A stretch of 64,000 nucleotides of DNA from an uncultured Gammaproteobacteria bacterium (GTDB taxonomy: Bacteria > Patescibacteriota > Microgenomatia > Levybacterales > UBA12049): the NCBI GenBank assembly GCA_964416445.1, contig CAYQEE010000001.1, forward strand, positions 67,676-131,675, given 5' to 3'. Position numbers and translations under genes: made by a program. Below, piece after piece: positions 29,179 to 39,793 of the stretch. Below the pieces are notes generated by a model. It worked only from the letters and a program-made list of their open reading frames with translations, ran no database searches and was not told the DNA's origin. How positions within the stretch are numbered: position 1 is the first letter of the stretch; every line of letters starts with the position of its first letter.

Positions 29179-30299
29179 AAAAAACATATCGATATCCAAC
29201 AATTATGATTTTGACCTCACTGCAATATGCAAACCACTTGCGTGAATATTTTGTGGAAAATGCAGAGAAAACAATCGCATTTTATGTTTTACCAAGAAGA
29301 GGAACAATTAAAAATTTTGTAGAAGTATATGAAAAAGGAATAAAAAAAGAAACAAAAAAACTTTACTCTCCAAAAAATCTTTTTTTATGGCATATCATGT
29401 TGTATGTACATTATATTACTATTTTGTTTCGTTATACTAAGAAAAAAGAAAAAGTATATTTTATCAATTACTTATTTACCTTATTTTTTTTACAATCACT
29501 TATTAGGTTATTTCGTGACATCAATTTTGTCGCCTGGGTAGGAGATTATTGGCCAATGCATGATCTTTCCATTCGATTTTATATGTTCTTTTTACATTAT
29601 TATCATGACCATGTTAAATATGCATTTTACCAAACAGATAGGATAAATGAAAAAATGAATAAAGGTAAATTACTGGCTACGGAAAATAAAAAAAATATTA
29701 TTCCTGCTATTGATCCCCCTCAAATAGATTATACAAAAAAGATAAAAGGTAGAATTGTCTTGTGCTTTATTGGTGTATTAGTGCCTTGGCAAGGTGTTGA
29801 AGTACTATTACAAGTAGTCGCCAAAAATCCAAAAGTACACTTAAAGCTTATTGGCACAGGCGAGGAAAGCCTAGTAAAAGATTACCTAAATCTTATTACA
29901 AGATATAATATTAAAGATAGGGTTTATTTTCCAAACAAGTTTATCTATGGAAATGAACTGAAAAAGGAAATTGCAGATTCCCACATCGGTATGGCTCTCT
30001 ATACAGTTGATCCCATGAGTGTAACTTATTACGGTGATCCGGCGAAAATAAAACAATACCTTGAATATGGATTGCCTATTATTATGACTGATGCAGCTGA
30101 GGTTGCTCAGTATATAAAAAAATTTGAAGCGGGAATTATTGTAACAAAAGATGTATCATCAGTAAATAATGCTATTGAAAAGATACGGAAAAATTATACT
30201 AAATATTTACATAATTTGGATCATCTGAATCACGCGTTTGATTTTAGGAAATATTATGTTGATAAATTTACTTTTATGGAAAACAAAAATACTTTATGA
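29175..30299 (+). CDS. Putative GT-B glycosyltransferase (C-terminal Glycos_transf_1-like half recognisable)
   Basis: VLVPWQGVEVLL ... LKLIGTGEE ... EYGLPIIMTD resembles a GT-B C-domain. N-terminal half unrecognised. Confidence 0.4.
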   Translation: MKKTYRYPTIMILTSLQYANHLREYFVENAEKTIAFYVLPRRGTIKNFVEVYEKGIKKETKKLYSPKNLFLWHIMLYVHYITILFRYTKKKEKVYFINYLFTLFFLQSLIRLFRDINFVAWVGDYWPMHDLSIRFYMFFLHYYHDHVKYAFYQTDRINEKMNKGKLLATENKKNIIPAIDPPQIDYTKKIKGRIVLCFIGVLVPWQGVEVLLQVVAKNPKVHLKLIGTGEESLVKDYLNLITRYNIKDRVYFPNKFIYGNELKKEIADSHIGMALYTVDPMSVTYYGDPAKIKQYLEYGLPIIMTDAAEVAQYIKKFEAGIIVTKDVSSVNNAIEKIRKNYTKYLHNLDHLNHAFDFRKYYVDKFTFMENKNTL

Positions 30300-31465
30300 A
30301 AATTACTCAAGCAGTTATTTTAGCAGGAGGTAAAGGAACAAGATTACTGCCTTATACTCTAACTGCTCCAAAACCAATGTTACCTATTCATGGTAAACCA
30401 TTCTTAGAATATCTCATAGAGGATCTGAGGGAAAATGGTATTACTGAGATTGTTTTACTTGTTGGATATCTTCATGAGCAAATTGAACGTTATTTTGGAG
30501 ATGGGAGATTATTTAATGTCAAAATATCTTATTCTTATTTGTCGGCTAATGCAAATACAGGAGAAAGAATGATTAACGCATTACCATTGTTAAAAGAAAA
30601 AATTATTTTGCTATATGGGGATAATACTTGGCCGCTTAATTTACCGGAAATACTTGATGTATATATCAAGAAAAAAAAGAAGGTGCTTATGAGCGTGTAT
30701 AATAATAGAGATGCAATAAGAAAAGGAAATGTTCTCGTTGAAGATAATATTGTTTCAATATATGACGTAAATCATCTTCATAATTTCCGGGGAATCAATA
30801 TTGGGTATTTTATTTTTGATACATCAGTTTTGGAAGGATTGCCCAAAGAAAATATTTCTCTTGATGATATTTTGCTTAGTTTAATAAAGAAGAATGATGT
30901 TTCTGCATATATTACCGATTACCCATATTATAGTGTAACTTCGCCAGAAAGATTACCTAAGGTATATGAATATCTACGTGAGAAGAAAGTAGTATTTCTT
31001 GATCGCGATGGCGTTATTAATAAAAAAGCTGCAAAAGCTGAATATATAAATCGTTGGGAAGATTTTCACTTTCTTCCTCAGGTAAAAGAAGCGCTGAAAC
31101 TTTTGCAAAAAAAAGGGTATGAAATATATATTATTTCAAATCAATCGGGTATTGCGCGTGGTATGATGACCAAATTACAACTTTCTGAAATTCATACGAA
31201 TTTACAAAAAGAATTAAAAAATGACGGAGTTATAATAAAAGACATCTATTTTTGTCCACATGGGTGGGATGAGGGATGTTGGTGTAGAAAACCAAATCCA
31301 GGAATGCTTTTCCAAGCTGCGATAGAACATCAAATTAATTTACAAAAAAGCATATTTATTGGTGATGATCCGAGAGATCAGCAAGCAGGTATGGCGGCTG
31401 GAGTTACCACCTATTTAGTTACACAAAAGGAAAATCTTTTTGATATAGTACGTAAGTATTTATGA
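30296..31465 (+). CDS. Bifunctional D-glycero-alpha-D-manno-heptose 1-phosphate guanylyltransferase (HddC-like) plus D,D-heptose 1,7-bisphosphate phosphatase (GmhB, HAD)
   Basis: N-terminal AVILAGGKGTRLLPYTLTAPKPMLPI sugar-1-P nucleotidyltransferase motif. C-terminal HAD motifs VVFLDRDGVINK and CWCRKPNPGML (GmhB signature), GDDPRD. Confidence 0.7.
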   Translation: MKITQAVILAGGKGTRLLPYTLTAPKPMLPIHGKPFLEYLIEDLRENGITEIVLLVGYLHEQIERYFGDGRLFNVKISYSYLSANANTGERMINALPLLKEKIILLYGDNTWPLNLPEILDVYIKKKKKVLMSVYNNRDAIRKGNVLVEDNIVSIYDVNHLHNFRGINIGYFIFDTSVLEGLPKENISLDDILLSLIKKNDVSAYITDYPYYSVTSPERLPKVYEYLREKKVVFLDRDGVINKKAAKAEYINRWEDFHFLPQVKEALKLLQKKGYEIYIISNQSGIARGMMTKLQLSEIHTNLQKELKNDGVIIKDIYFCPHGWDEGCWCRKPNPGMLFQAAIEHQINLQKSIFIGDDPRDQQAGMAAGVTTYLVTQKENLFDIVRKYL

Positions 31466-32439
31466 TTATTTCACGAACGCCAATTAGAATTAGTTTTGTT
31501 GGGGGAGGAAGCGATATAGAAAGTTTTTATACCCATCAAATGGGCGCAGTTATTTCTACGGCAATCAATAAGTATATTTATATTGCCGTAAATGAACAAT
31601 TTGACGGACGTATAATTATCAATTACTCAAAAACAGAAATAGTAAAAGAAATTGCAGCAATAGAAAATAATTTAGTTCGTGAGGGTATGAGAACAACGAG
31701 AATAAAAGGAGGAATTCATATTACATCAATTGCTGATATTCCTGGTGAAGGAACTGGAATGGGCTCTTCTAGTGCGTATATAGTCGGTTTACTTAATGCA
31801 TTATATGCCTATCAAGGAAAACATGTTACTGCGGAAAAGCTTGCTCAAGAGGCATGCAAGATTGAAATAAGTATTTTAAAAAAACCAATTGGAAAGCAGG
31901 ACCAATACATCGCTGCTTACGGTGGTTTTAACTATATACAATTTAAAGAGGATGGAAATGTCTATGTAGATCATATTATTTGTTTACCAGCAACAATACA
32001 AAAATTACAAAAACGGTTGTTACTTTTTTATACTGGGATAACTCGCTCAGCGGATCCGATCCTTTTGCAACAAATTCGGCAAATGAACGATAAAAAGGAG
32101 TATATGAAAAAAATGGTCGGACTTGTTAAAGAACTTCGACATGATCTCAATAATAACAATCTATCCTCCTTTGGAGATATTCTCCATGAAAACTGGCTTC
32201 TTAAGAAAAAACTTGCTGATGGGATAACATCTCAAAAAATTGATGACTGGTATGCATTAGCTCGAGAACAAGGTGCAGAAGGAGGAAAACTATTAGGAGC
32301 AGGGGGAGGTGGCTTCCTCCTTGTGTATGCAAAGGTAAAAGATCATGCTAAAATAAAGTCTGCATTGAAAGATCTCAAACATGTTCCATTTTCTTTTGAA
32401 CAGCAAGGAAGTAAAATAATTTTCTTAGATAATAATTAA
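31462..32439 (+). CDS. hddA: D-glycero-alpha-D-manno-heptose 7-phosphate kinase (GHMP kinase, HddA-like)
   Basis: MIISRTPIRISFVGGGSDIESFY N-terminus and PGEGTGMGSSSA GHMP ATP-binding motif. Confidence 0.75.
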   Translation: MIISRTPIRISFVGGGSDIESFYTHQMGAVISTAINKYIYIAVNEQFDGRIIINYSKTEIVKEIAAIENNLVREGMRTTRIKGGIHITSIADIPGEGTGMGSSSAYIVGLLNALYAYQGKHVTAEKLAQEACKIEISILKKPIGKQDQYIAAYGGFNYIQFKEDGNVYVDHIICLPATIQKLQKRLLLFYTGITRSADPILLQQIRQMNDKKEYMKKMVGLVKELRHDLNNNNLSSFGDILHENWLLKKKLADGITSQKIDDWYALAREQGAEGGKLLGAGGGGFLLVYAKVKDHAKIKSALKDLKHVPFSFEQQGSKIIFLDNN

Positions 32440-32441
32440 TT

Positions 32442-33464
32442 ATGAATATTCTCATCACTGGAGGAGCAGGTTTTATTGGTTCGCAATTAGGTTTTTATCT
32501 TCAATCCAAAGGTCATAATGTGATATTAGTTGATTCTCTAGCATATGGGCATATTGATAATCTTATTGTTAATGGTAAAGCATTTCCTCAGTTTGTTTCT
32601 CTTGATATTCGTGATCCTCAATTAGAAACTCTTATGACCAATGTGGACGTTGTTTTTCATTTAGCTGGTGTTTCATCATTGCCGGAATGTAATTATCATG
32701 TCTATGATGCGTATAGTACGAATACTGCAGGTACAGGTAATGTTTTAGAATCAGCAAGGAGGAAAGGAGTAAAACGGATTATTTTTTCCTCAACTTCCGC
32801 TGTGTATGAAAATAATACTATATTTCCTCTCTCAGAATCTACTAGTGTTAATCCGATATTAATATATTCGTTATCTAAAAAACATAGTGAAGAACTCTGT
32901 ACATCCTATATACAAATGTATGGAATGGATATTTGCATTCTCCGCTTTTTTAATATTTATGGACCGCATATGGATTATTTAAGGCCAAATCCTCCTTTTG
33001 TCAGTTATATTATTAAATGCTTATTGGAAAAAAGTGCTCCGGTCTTACACTCCAATGGTAATCAGAAAAGGGACATGGTCTATGTTGATGATGTCCTCAA
33101 GATGTGTGAAATTGTTATGACACATCCAAATGCAAAAAATGAAATATTTAATGTCGGTTCAGGGAAAGCATATAGTATACAGGAAGTTTTTGACGTTCTC
33201 GATAAAGCATTCGGTACTACGGGAATTAAACCAACATATAGAAGACCTGAAAAAATATGGGATAAGTATCCTGGCATGTTTCAAGGAGCACACCCTATTA
33301 ACAAGGAGTTCATTATAAGGGAAGTAAATAAATATACGCTTGCTTCTATCGAAAAATCCAAAAAAATGCTTGGTTGGGAATCATTAGTTTCATTATCAGA
33401 TGGATTGCAAAAAACAGTGGCATTTGCAAAAAGAGATTATAAAATAAGGGTAAAACATTTATGA
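32442..33464 (+). CDS. NAD-dependent epimerase/dehydratase (possibly a nucleotide-heptose modifying enzyme)
   Basis: [29 protein letters not shown] (YxxxK). Sits inside the heptose gene set. Confidence 0.65.
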   Translation: MNILITGGAGFIGSQLGFYLQSKGHNVILVDSLAYGHIDNLIVNGKAFPQFVSLDIRDPQLETLMTNVDVVFHLAGVSSLPECNYHVYDAYSTNTAGTGNVLESARRKGVKRIIFSSTSAVYENNTIFPLSESTSVNPILIYSLSKKHSEELCTSYIQMYGMDICILRFFNIYGPHMDYLRPNPPFVSYIIKCLLEKSAPVLHSNGNQKRDMVYVDDVLKMCEIVMTHPNAKNEIFNVGSGKAYSIQEVFDVLDKAFGTTGIKPTYRRPEKIWDKYPGMFQGAHPINKEFIIREVNKYTLASIEKSKKMLGWESLVSLSDGLQKTVAFAKRDYKIRVKHL

Positions 33465-34117
33465 AAAAGATAACTAAGAAATTTCATACAATTGGCTTTA
33501 TCGAAGCGTATTTTTCTGAGGTAAAACGTAGTCTTGATTCGCTCGATAAAAAAGCGATTGAATCAGTTGTGGATATGTTGACTGATGCATATAAAAACGA
33601 TAGAAAAGTATTTATTTTAGGTAACGGTGGAAGTGCAAGCACTGCATCTCATATGGCGTGTGATTTAGGTAAAGGTACACTTCAACGGATTTACGATAAT
33701 TCAGAAAAACGTTTTCGCGTTATTTCCCTTACCGATAATGTTGCGGTAATGACCGCTTACGCAAACGACCTTTCATTTGATGCCGTTTTTGTTCAACAAT
33801 TGCGGAATTTAATAGAGAAAGACGATGTCGTTATTGCTATATCTGGGAGTGGAAATAGTAAAAATGTTATTAATGCAATAAAATATGCGAATGCATGTGG
33901 CGCAAGGACAATCGGCTTCTTAGGTTTTAAAACAGGAGGGAAATTAGCGGCATTGGTAAATATTCCCATTATTGTTCAGAGTATTCATTATGGACCAATT
34001 GAAGATATTCATGGAATTCTTAATCACGTTATTGCATCTTGGATTGCAAAAATAAAACATATTCATGATGGAAGAGAACATGAAGACAACCAAAATCAAG
34101 CAGTACCTTTTAAATAA
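33461..34117 (+). CDS. gmhA: Sedoheptulose-7-phosphate isomerase (SIS domain)
   Basis: VFILGNGGSASTASHMACDL SIS motif. About 200-aa size. ISGSGNS second block. Confidence 0.75.
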   Translation: MKKITKKFHTIGFIEAYFSEVKRSLDSLDKKAIESVVDMLTDAYKNDRKVFILGNGGSASTASHMACDLGKGTLQRIYDNSEKRFRVISLTDNVAVMTAYANDLSFDAVFVQQLRNLIEKDDVVIAISGSGNSKNVINAIKYANACGARTIGFLGFKTGGKLAALVNIPIIVQSIHYGPIEDIHGILNHVIASWIAKIKHIHDGREHEDNQNQAVPFK

Positions 34118-34123
34118 CTATAC

Positions 34124-35128
34124 ATGAACAAACAAAAATCTCAATATTTTGATGTTTCTATTCTCATTCCTATGCGGAATGCTTCTTCTACTATTATAGA
34201 AACTTTACAAGGAATAGAAAAACAAACATATCTGTATAAAGAAATAATTATTGTTGATAATGCGTCAACAGATAACTCAGCAGAACTTGTCCGTAACTAT
34301 TCTAAAAGTCACAAAAGCATGCATATACATTTAATAGTAAATGAAAAAAATTTATTTATTGCTAGAAGTTTAGTAATAGGCGTAAAAAACGTAAAGTCAG
34401 ACTATATTATTTTTATTCAATCAGATTGCAGGCTTATTGGTAAAGACGAATTTCAAAAACTTTTAAAACCGTTTACCCAAGATACTTCGGTAGTTGCAAC
34501 CTTCGGAAGAGTTCATCAATCTTTAGTGATCTGGAACCATTATGCTTTTTGGGAACAATTTCTTTTTGCTTACCAAGCAGGAAAAACATCGGTTGGTTTA
34601 GTGGGAAAAATTGACTGTATTAAAAAGGAAGCATATATGAAAATAGGAGGTCATGATGAAGTTTTGTGTGATTGGTATGGAGCAGAGGATGGAGATTTAC
34701 ATATGCGATTATTAAAAATTGGTAAAACGGTTGCAACAGAAGCTTCAATAGAACATCTTCATTATACCTATAAAGATTTTTCATTTAACGATTTACTAAA
34801 GAAAAAAAAGATTATTGCAGGAGCCTATGGAATTATGTTAGGAAGGTATGGATTGAGAAATGAACCATTTGGTATATTTACAATGCTGCTTAAGCCGGCA
34901 CTCGTAGTTGGACTTCTTATTCCACAAACGAGGCTCATTTCTCTTATTCTTATTATTCTTTTTATCATTTTATACTACTGGAGAATGTTTACGACACGTA
35001 ACGTTGTGTCGAATCCTAAAATTATTTTGGTTCCATTTGCATTTATTCTTTTACTATTTTTAGAAACATATTGGACTGCTGAAGGATTTTATCATAGTCT
35101 TATCACACTTCATAAAGTTTCATCATAA
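34124..35128 (+). CDS. Glycosyltransferase family 2 with C-terminal transmembrane helices
   Basis: VSILIPMRNASSTI ... IIIVDNASTDNS GT-A motifs plus two C-terminal hydrophobic helices. Confidence 0.65.
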   Translation: MNKQKSQYFDVSILIPMRNASSTIIETLQGIEKQTYLYKEIIIVDNASTDNSAELVRNYSKSHKSMHIHLIVNEKNLFIARSLVIGVKNVKSDYIIFIQSDCRLIGKDEFQKLLKPFTQDTSVVATFGRVHQSLVIWNHYAFWEQFLFAYQAGKTSVGLVGKIDCIKKEAYMKIGGHDEVLCDWYGAEDGDLHMRLLKIGKTVATEASIEHLHYTYKDFSFNDLLKKKKIIAGAYGIMLGRYGLRNEPFGIFTMLLKPALVVGLLIPQTRLISLILIILFIILYYWRMFTTRNVVSNPKIILVPFAFILLLFLETYWTAEGFYHSLITLHKVSS

Positions 35129-35138
35129 ATATATTTAT

Positions 35139-35480
35139 ATGAATAAGTTAAAAAAATCTTATTATGAATTTGCTTTAAAAAATAAGACATATTTTTTCAC
35201 TGTTTTTTTTATGGGAATCGGAATTGATATTCTTTATTATACATTTCTTTCTGATACACTCTTTTTTTTACTTGTTATATATTGGATTTTACTTATTTTT
35301 TTACTTAACTTAACAAGTAGAGATACGTTCATTATAATATTAGGCATTCTGTTTATATTATTCATTTTTTTCATCTTAGATGTGGGAACATTTCATACAG
35401 AACGGGTTACCACATGGATTTACTTCTTACTGATTATTGGAGTTATACAACAAATAAAGGAACTATTCTACAGGAGATAA
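35139..35480 (+). CDS. Small 3-TM membrane protein, partner of the adjacent giant membrane protein (paralog of 46449..46757)
   Basis: 113 aa. C-terminal RVTTWIYFLLIIGVIQQIKELFYRR aligns with RITLWVYFFIVFGVIQQFFELKKKK of the 102-aa ORF. Confidence 0.5.
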   Translation: MNKLKKSYYEFALKNKTYFFTVFFMGIGIDILYYTFLSDTLFFLLVIYWILLIFLLNLTSRDTFIIILGILFILFIFFILDVGTFHTERVTTWIYFLLIIGVIQQIKELFYRR

Positions 35481-35481
35481 T

Positions 35482-38400
35482 ATGTCGACAAAAAAAATAT
35501 TTGTTTTTATTCTCGTATTTGCTTTAATCATTATTCCATTCTTTTGGTTAAAACCAGGAGAAGTAAATTTGGGGGGTGATTCTTCACGTGGATACCTTTA
35601 TGAACCGTTTGTTTTTATAAAGAACTACGTTTTGTATGGAATCAATGCGTGGAATATTGGAACCGAGTTGGCAGGATATTTCATTATTCCTTTTGCTGCT
35701 TTTCTTGGACTTCTTATGATCTTTGTGAAGACACCTCATAATCTTGTTAATGTATTTAATAGTTTTTCTTTTGTTCTTGCTTTTCTGGCAACATATGGAT
35801 CCATATACGCAATTATTATGGACAATGATATGAGTAAAAAGAAGAATATAGGATTTATTAGAACAGTCAGTATTATCGGAGGATTATTTTATCTTTTCTC
35901 TCCAATTATGACCAATTGGGATAAACCTCTCCTTACTTTTAATCAAGTGTTTCTTGATCCATTGATGTTTTTTCTTATCTATAAGTATGTAATGACAAAA
36001 AAACCCTTTTATGCTCTTTTCGCAATTCTTGGAACATTTATCTTTGCTCCAAATTTTAGTTTTATTGGTGCACCAACCTTCTTTTCATTTTATCCCTTTG
36101 TTTTTTTCATTCTTTTTTTTCTCTGTCTTATAAAAAAGACATCTATACCAATTAAACAATTTGTTTTTTTTATTCTTCTGATGTTAGGTATACATGCCTT
36201 TCAGTTATTACCACAGTTTATTTTATTGAAAAGACCAGATTCAGTATTATCATTACGTGTATTTTCTCAGTCAACATTTAACTATGTAGATTATTTTCAG
36301 AGAATAGCTAATGGTGTTAATGTGACTGATAATTTTTTAGGGTTACCGCAGTTTCCATTGTTATTTGGAGTGTCTTTCTTTGTGTTTCCTTTTATTCTTG
36401 TCTTTGCGTTAATACAAAAAGTAGAAGATAAAGATGATATTTACTTTCGAAAAGTATATATACTTATTTTTTTGTGCTATCTTTTCCTGCTCTATTTCAC
36501 TTCAGCAAAGTTTACCAGTTTGGGGTTTTCCCTATATGAGAATTTGTTTAAAATTCCTGGATTCGGAATGTTTCGTAATTTTACCGGGCAGTTTATGACC
36601 GCCTTTTCTTTTTTCTATTCACTCACTATTGCTACTGGATTGTACATTATTTATAAAAATGTAAAAAAGGTATTTTGTATAAGTATTACGATATTTGTTT
36701 TTCTTATCCTTGTCGTTCGAGGGTGGCCAATCGTAAATGGTAGTATATTATATTTACCAATATTACAGTCAAAGATCTCATCGCCTTTTATTATTCCGCC
36801 TTCATTTGAACATGCATTAACTTATATTTCCCAAATACCGACTGACGCAAAAATACTTGCATTACCGTTAACTGACTTTGGCTATCTCATGGTAGCAGGT
36901 GAAAACGGTGGAATGTATATAGGATCATCCCTTATTGGTCCGCTAACATTGAAACAGGATTTCGGTAATTATAGTGCTATGGGTATTTTAGGTGATTCGT
37001 TTATTCAAGCAATAAAAAGTAACGATATTACTACAATAAAAAATATCCTCGGTGTATTAAATATTCAAGATATTTTTTGGGAAACAAACCCGTTTGTTTA
37101 CGGAACTAATTTCCCTAATTTTCCATATCAATCAACTCAATTATATCTTCCAACGACAGTATCTGCCTATCAATCTTTTATTAATTTGCTTCCTATTACT
37201 CAAAGACATTATTTTGGGAAAACGTTACAAGTAATGCATTTGGATGTTGCAACGGTTCTCCCAAAGATATTCCCATCGGTGAACGTTCTCTACACAAATA
37301 ATCTTTCAGATACAGGGTATCTATTACGGAGAATAGCTGGTCAACCAAATATTGTTTTACCGACACAAAATTTTTTAGAAAATATTTCCTCCCAATCTTT
37401 TCAGGCAGATTTACATGACAATTTTTCGGGACTTTATAATAATTTACAATTTCATTCTGCAATGCCGGAAGTTACGTGGAAACCAGGAAGTATAGTATAT
37501 CCTTTTGTTATCTGGAAAGAAGAACGCTCTCTAAAGAAATTACAGTCGCAGCAAAAAATGGACGTTGCTTATTTATATTTAGCAAAACGAATTGAGGAAC
37601 TAGGTAAATGGACTAATGATATTCCTATACTGCATAAAAAAGTTACATGGCAAGGAACGAGTATAAAACAATTAATACATTGGTCGGAATATAATAGCTG
37701 GGAAGCCTCTTTTGCTCATTATGAATCTAACGCAAATAATATTATTATCGGTATTAAGCAATTTCCTCAAGACGAAATTCTTTCTCAAAAGGAGATAGCA
37801 TTTGAGCAATTTGAACAACACAGAATGCGCTTGCAAACTATTATTTCTGGTTCTGGATTTTCAAGTGAAGACAAAAATTATTTACTACATCAAAGTAATA
37901 TGCTTATTGATACATTAGAAAATAATCTTAAATTAGAGAAAATTGATATCACCGAAAAGCATTATTCGGTAAATCTTCCAAAAGGAGCAGAAGGGAATTA
38001 TGTACTTAATATTTCTCGAATTTCACCTGAGGCAAGTATCTCAGGGTTATTTATTGGAGGATCTCAATACAATTTAATTAATCAACAAAATAACTTAGTC
38101 TCTTCAGAGCAAGTTTTAATGTCTTCGGGTAAGGAAATTCCTATAATACTTACAACACAAAATACAAATCTGATAAACGATACGCAGTGGGAAGGTTTAG
38201 GTTCTGTGAAAAAAACAGATGATTCTGACGTTTTAATTTTTGATAAGTTAGTCGAAAGTATTCCAGCTCAGATGGTAAGACAAATTCCGGTTGTTAATAG
38301 TTCACGACAGTATATTATTTCATTTTTATATAATACCCATAATGTTCCTTTTTCTATAAAGATATTTGACAAGAGGATAAAGAATCAGGGAGAAGTTGAA

Positions 38401-39087
38401 TTTCATGAATATACAACACGACAGCTCATATCGAATGATTGGAAGCTATTTCAGACGGTATTTACTATAGATCCTCAAACATCAGAAGCCTATATGGAAA
38501 TTGAAAGTACCGCTCCTGTAGAACCAAAAGAAATTATGATGAAAAATCTATCAGTAAATGTTATTGAAAATCCGATAGTTACCATACAGAAAATACTACC
38601 TCAACCAGTAGTGGGCCCAACAATAACATTTCAACGTATTAATCCGACAAAATATCATATTTTCGTTAATCATGCGGATACTGCTTATGTTTTGACATTT
38701 CTACAAGCATTTAGCCAAGGCTGGAAATTATATTATAAACCTGCCTCTTCTGGTAAAAATTTCTCGATTATACAATCTTATTTCGGTGGGTCTGTTTCAG
38801 AAGGTGGTCATACGAATACTGCATTTGGTAATGATTTGTTTGAAACTTGGTTTTTACATCCTATTGCTGAAGCAACACATACAACAGGGGACGGTTATGC
38901 AAATTCTTGGATCATCAGTCCAACTGATACCGGTGGAAAACGTGATTATGAACTCATTATAGAATTAAATACACAAAAGTATTTCTACATGAGTATACCA
39001 ATATCTGTAATAGCATTTTTGCTTATTCTCATTTGGTTACTGAGTGATCTTTTTAAAAACAAAATAAAAGTATATGGATCAAAATAA
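35482..39087 (+). CDS. Giant polytopic membrane protein (1201 aa): polytopic N-terminal domain (about 12 TM), about 700-aa extracytoplasmic domain, C-terminal TM anchor. Putative GT-C-type glycosyltransferase/polymerase
   Basis: N-terminal IIPFFWLKPGEVNLGGDSSRGYLYEP motif shared with 44009..46447 and (GGDWPYY) 39774..41789. C-terminal anchor SIPISVIAFLLILIWLL. No soluble-enzyme motifs. Confidence 0.55.
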   Translation: MSTKKIFVFILVFALIIIPFFWLKPGEVNLGGDSSRGYLYEPFVFIKNYVLYGINAWNIGTELAGYFIIPFAAFLGLLMIFVKTPHNLVNVFNSFSFVLAFLATYGSIYAIIMDNDMSKKKNIGFIRTVSIIGGLFYLFSPIMTNWDKPLLTFNQVFLDPLMFFLIYKYVMTKKPFYALFAILGTFIFAPNFSFIGAPTFFSFYPFVFFILFFLCLIKKTSIPIKQFVFFILLMLGIHAFQLLPQFILLKRPDSVLSLRVFSQSTFNYVDYFQRIANGVNVTDNFLGLPQFPLLFGVSFFVFPFILVFALIQKVEDKDDIYFRKVYILIFLCYLFLLYFTSAKFTSLGFSLYENLFKIPGFGMFRNFTGQFMTAFSFFYSLTIATGLYIIYKNVKKVFCISITIFVFLILVVRGWPIVNGSILYLPILQSKISSPFIIPPSFEHALTYISQIPTDAKILALPLTDFGYLMVAGENGGMYIGSSLIGPLTLKQDFGNYSAMGILGDSFIQAIKSNDITTIKNILGVLNIQDIFWETNPFVYGTNFPNFPYQSTQLYLPTTVSAYQSFINLLPITQRHYFGKTLQVMHLDVATVLPKIFPSVNVLYTNNLSDTGYLLRRIAGQPNIVLPTQNFLENISSQSFQADLHDNFSGLYNNLQFHSAMPEVTWKPGSIVYPFVIWKEERSLKKLQSQQKMDVAYLYLAKRIEELGKWTNDIPILHKKVTWQGTSIKQLIHWSEYNSWEASFAHYESNANNIIIGIKQFPQDEILSQKEIAFEQFEQHRMRLQTIISGSGFSSEDKNYLLHQSNMLIDTLENNLKLEKIDITEKHYSVNLPKGAEGNYVLNISRISPEASISGLFIGGSQYNLINQQNNLVSSEQVLMSSGKEIPIILTTQNTNLINDTQWEGLGSVKKTDDSDVLIFDKLVESIPAQMVRQIPVVNSSRQYIISFLYNTHNVPFSIKIFDKRIKNQGEVEFHEYTTRQLISNDWKLFQTVFTIDPQTSEAYMEIESTAPVEPKEIMMKNLSVNVIENPIVTIQKILPQPVVGPTITFQRINPTKYHIFVNHADTAYVLTFLQAFSQGWKLYYKPASSGKNFSIIQSYFGGSVSEGGHTNTAFGNDLFETWFLHPIAEATHTTGDGYANSWIISPTDTGGKRDYELIIELNTQKYFYMSIPISVIAFLLILIWLLSDLFKNKIKVYGSK

Positions 39088-39793
39088 AAATCTAAAGTCT
39101 CATTTTCTAAATAATATTGCATTATTTTATTTTGTGTTTTCTTTAAAAGAATTAAGTCGGGCTTTATGGTCTGATTTTCTTGCTACTCTTTTTTTAAACT
39201 CCGGTAGTGGATTTTTGACCAGTCTTGTAAAAGGGTTTATTGGACACTTTTTGATTAGAAGCATCTATCCGCTTTTTATTGGTAAACGCACAAAACTAGT
39301 GAATATTCATAATATAACCCTAGGGAAAAATGTCCGTATTGCAGATGATGTAACAATTATAGCGTACGGAAAAATCCATATTGGTGATAATGTTATTATT
39401 GGAGAGAAAACAACGATGATTGCTAACGACGAACTTGTTTTAGGAAATAATGTTGTTGTAACAAGAAATTGTTATATTGCCCAATTAGGAGGTCCTATTA
39501 TTATTGATGATTACGTACTTATTGGAGATTTTAGCCGTATACATAGTATTAATCATTCATACAGGGATGACGATATCCCACTACATAAACAACATCATAT
39601 ACGAAATAACATACATATACAGGAGAACGTATGGATTGGATCAGGTGTTATGGTGATTAATAACATAACTATTGGGAAAAGATCAGTGATTGGTGCAAAT
39701 GCAGTTGTTAATAAAAATATTCCACCGTTTGTTGTTGCGGCAGGAGTTCCGGCAAAAGTTATAAAATATATACATGAAAAAAATACTAAATAA
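39074..39793 (+). CDS. Hexapeptide-repeat (left-handed beta-helix) O-acetyltransferase with N-terminal hydrophobic segment
   Basis: Repeated [LIV]G-x-x-x-x hexads: [52 protein letters not shown]-terminus. Confidence 0.7.
   Translation: MDQNKNLKSHFLNNIALFYFVFSLKELSRALWSDFLATLFLNSGSGFLTSLVKGFIGHFLIRSIYPLFIGKRTKLVNIHNITLGKNVRIADDVTIIAYGKIHIGDNVIIGEKTTMIANDELVLGNNVVVTRNCYIAQLGGPIIIDDYVLIGDFSRIHSINHSYRDDDIPLHKQHHIRNNIHIQENVWIGSGVMVINNITIGKRSVIGANAVVNKNIPPFVVAAGVPAKVIKYIHEKNTK

Noticed and set aside
35482-39087. Considered calling the giant membrane proteins oligosaccharyltransferases (AglB/PglB/STT3)
   Set aside because: The WWDYG motif and the DxD/ExD loop arrangement of STT3 are not present. 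The C-terminal single TM anchor is not STT3-like. Left as an unassigned GT-C-like family.
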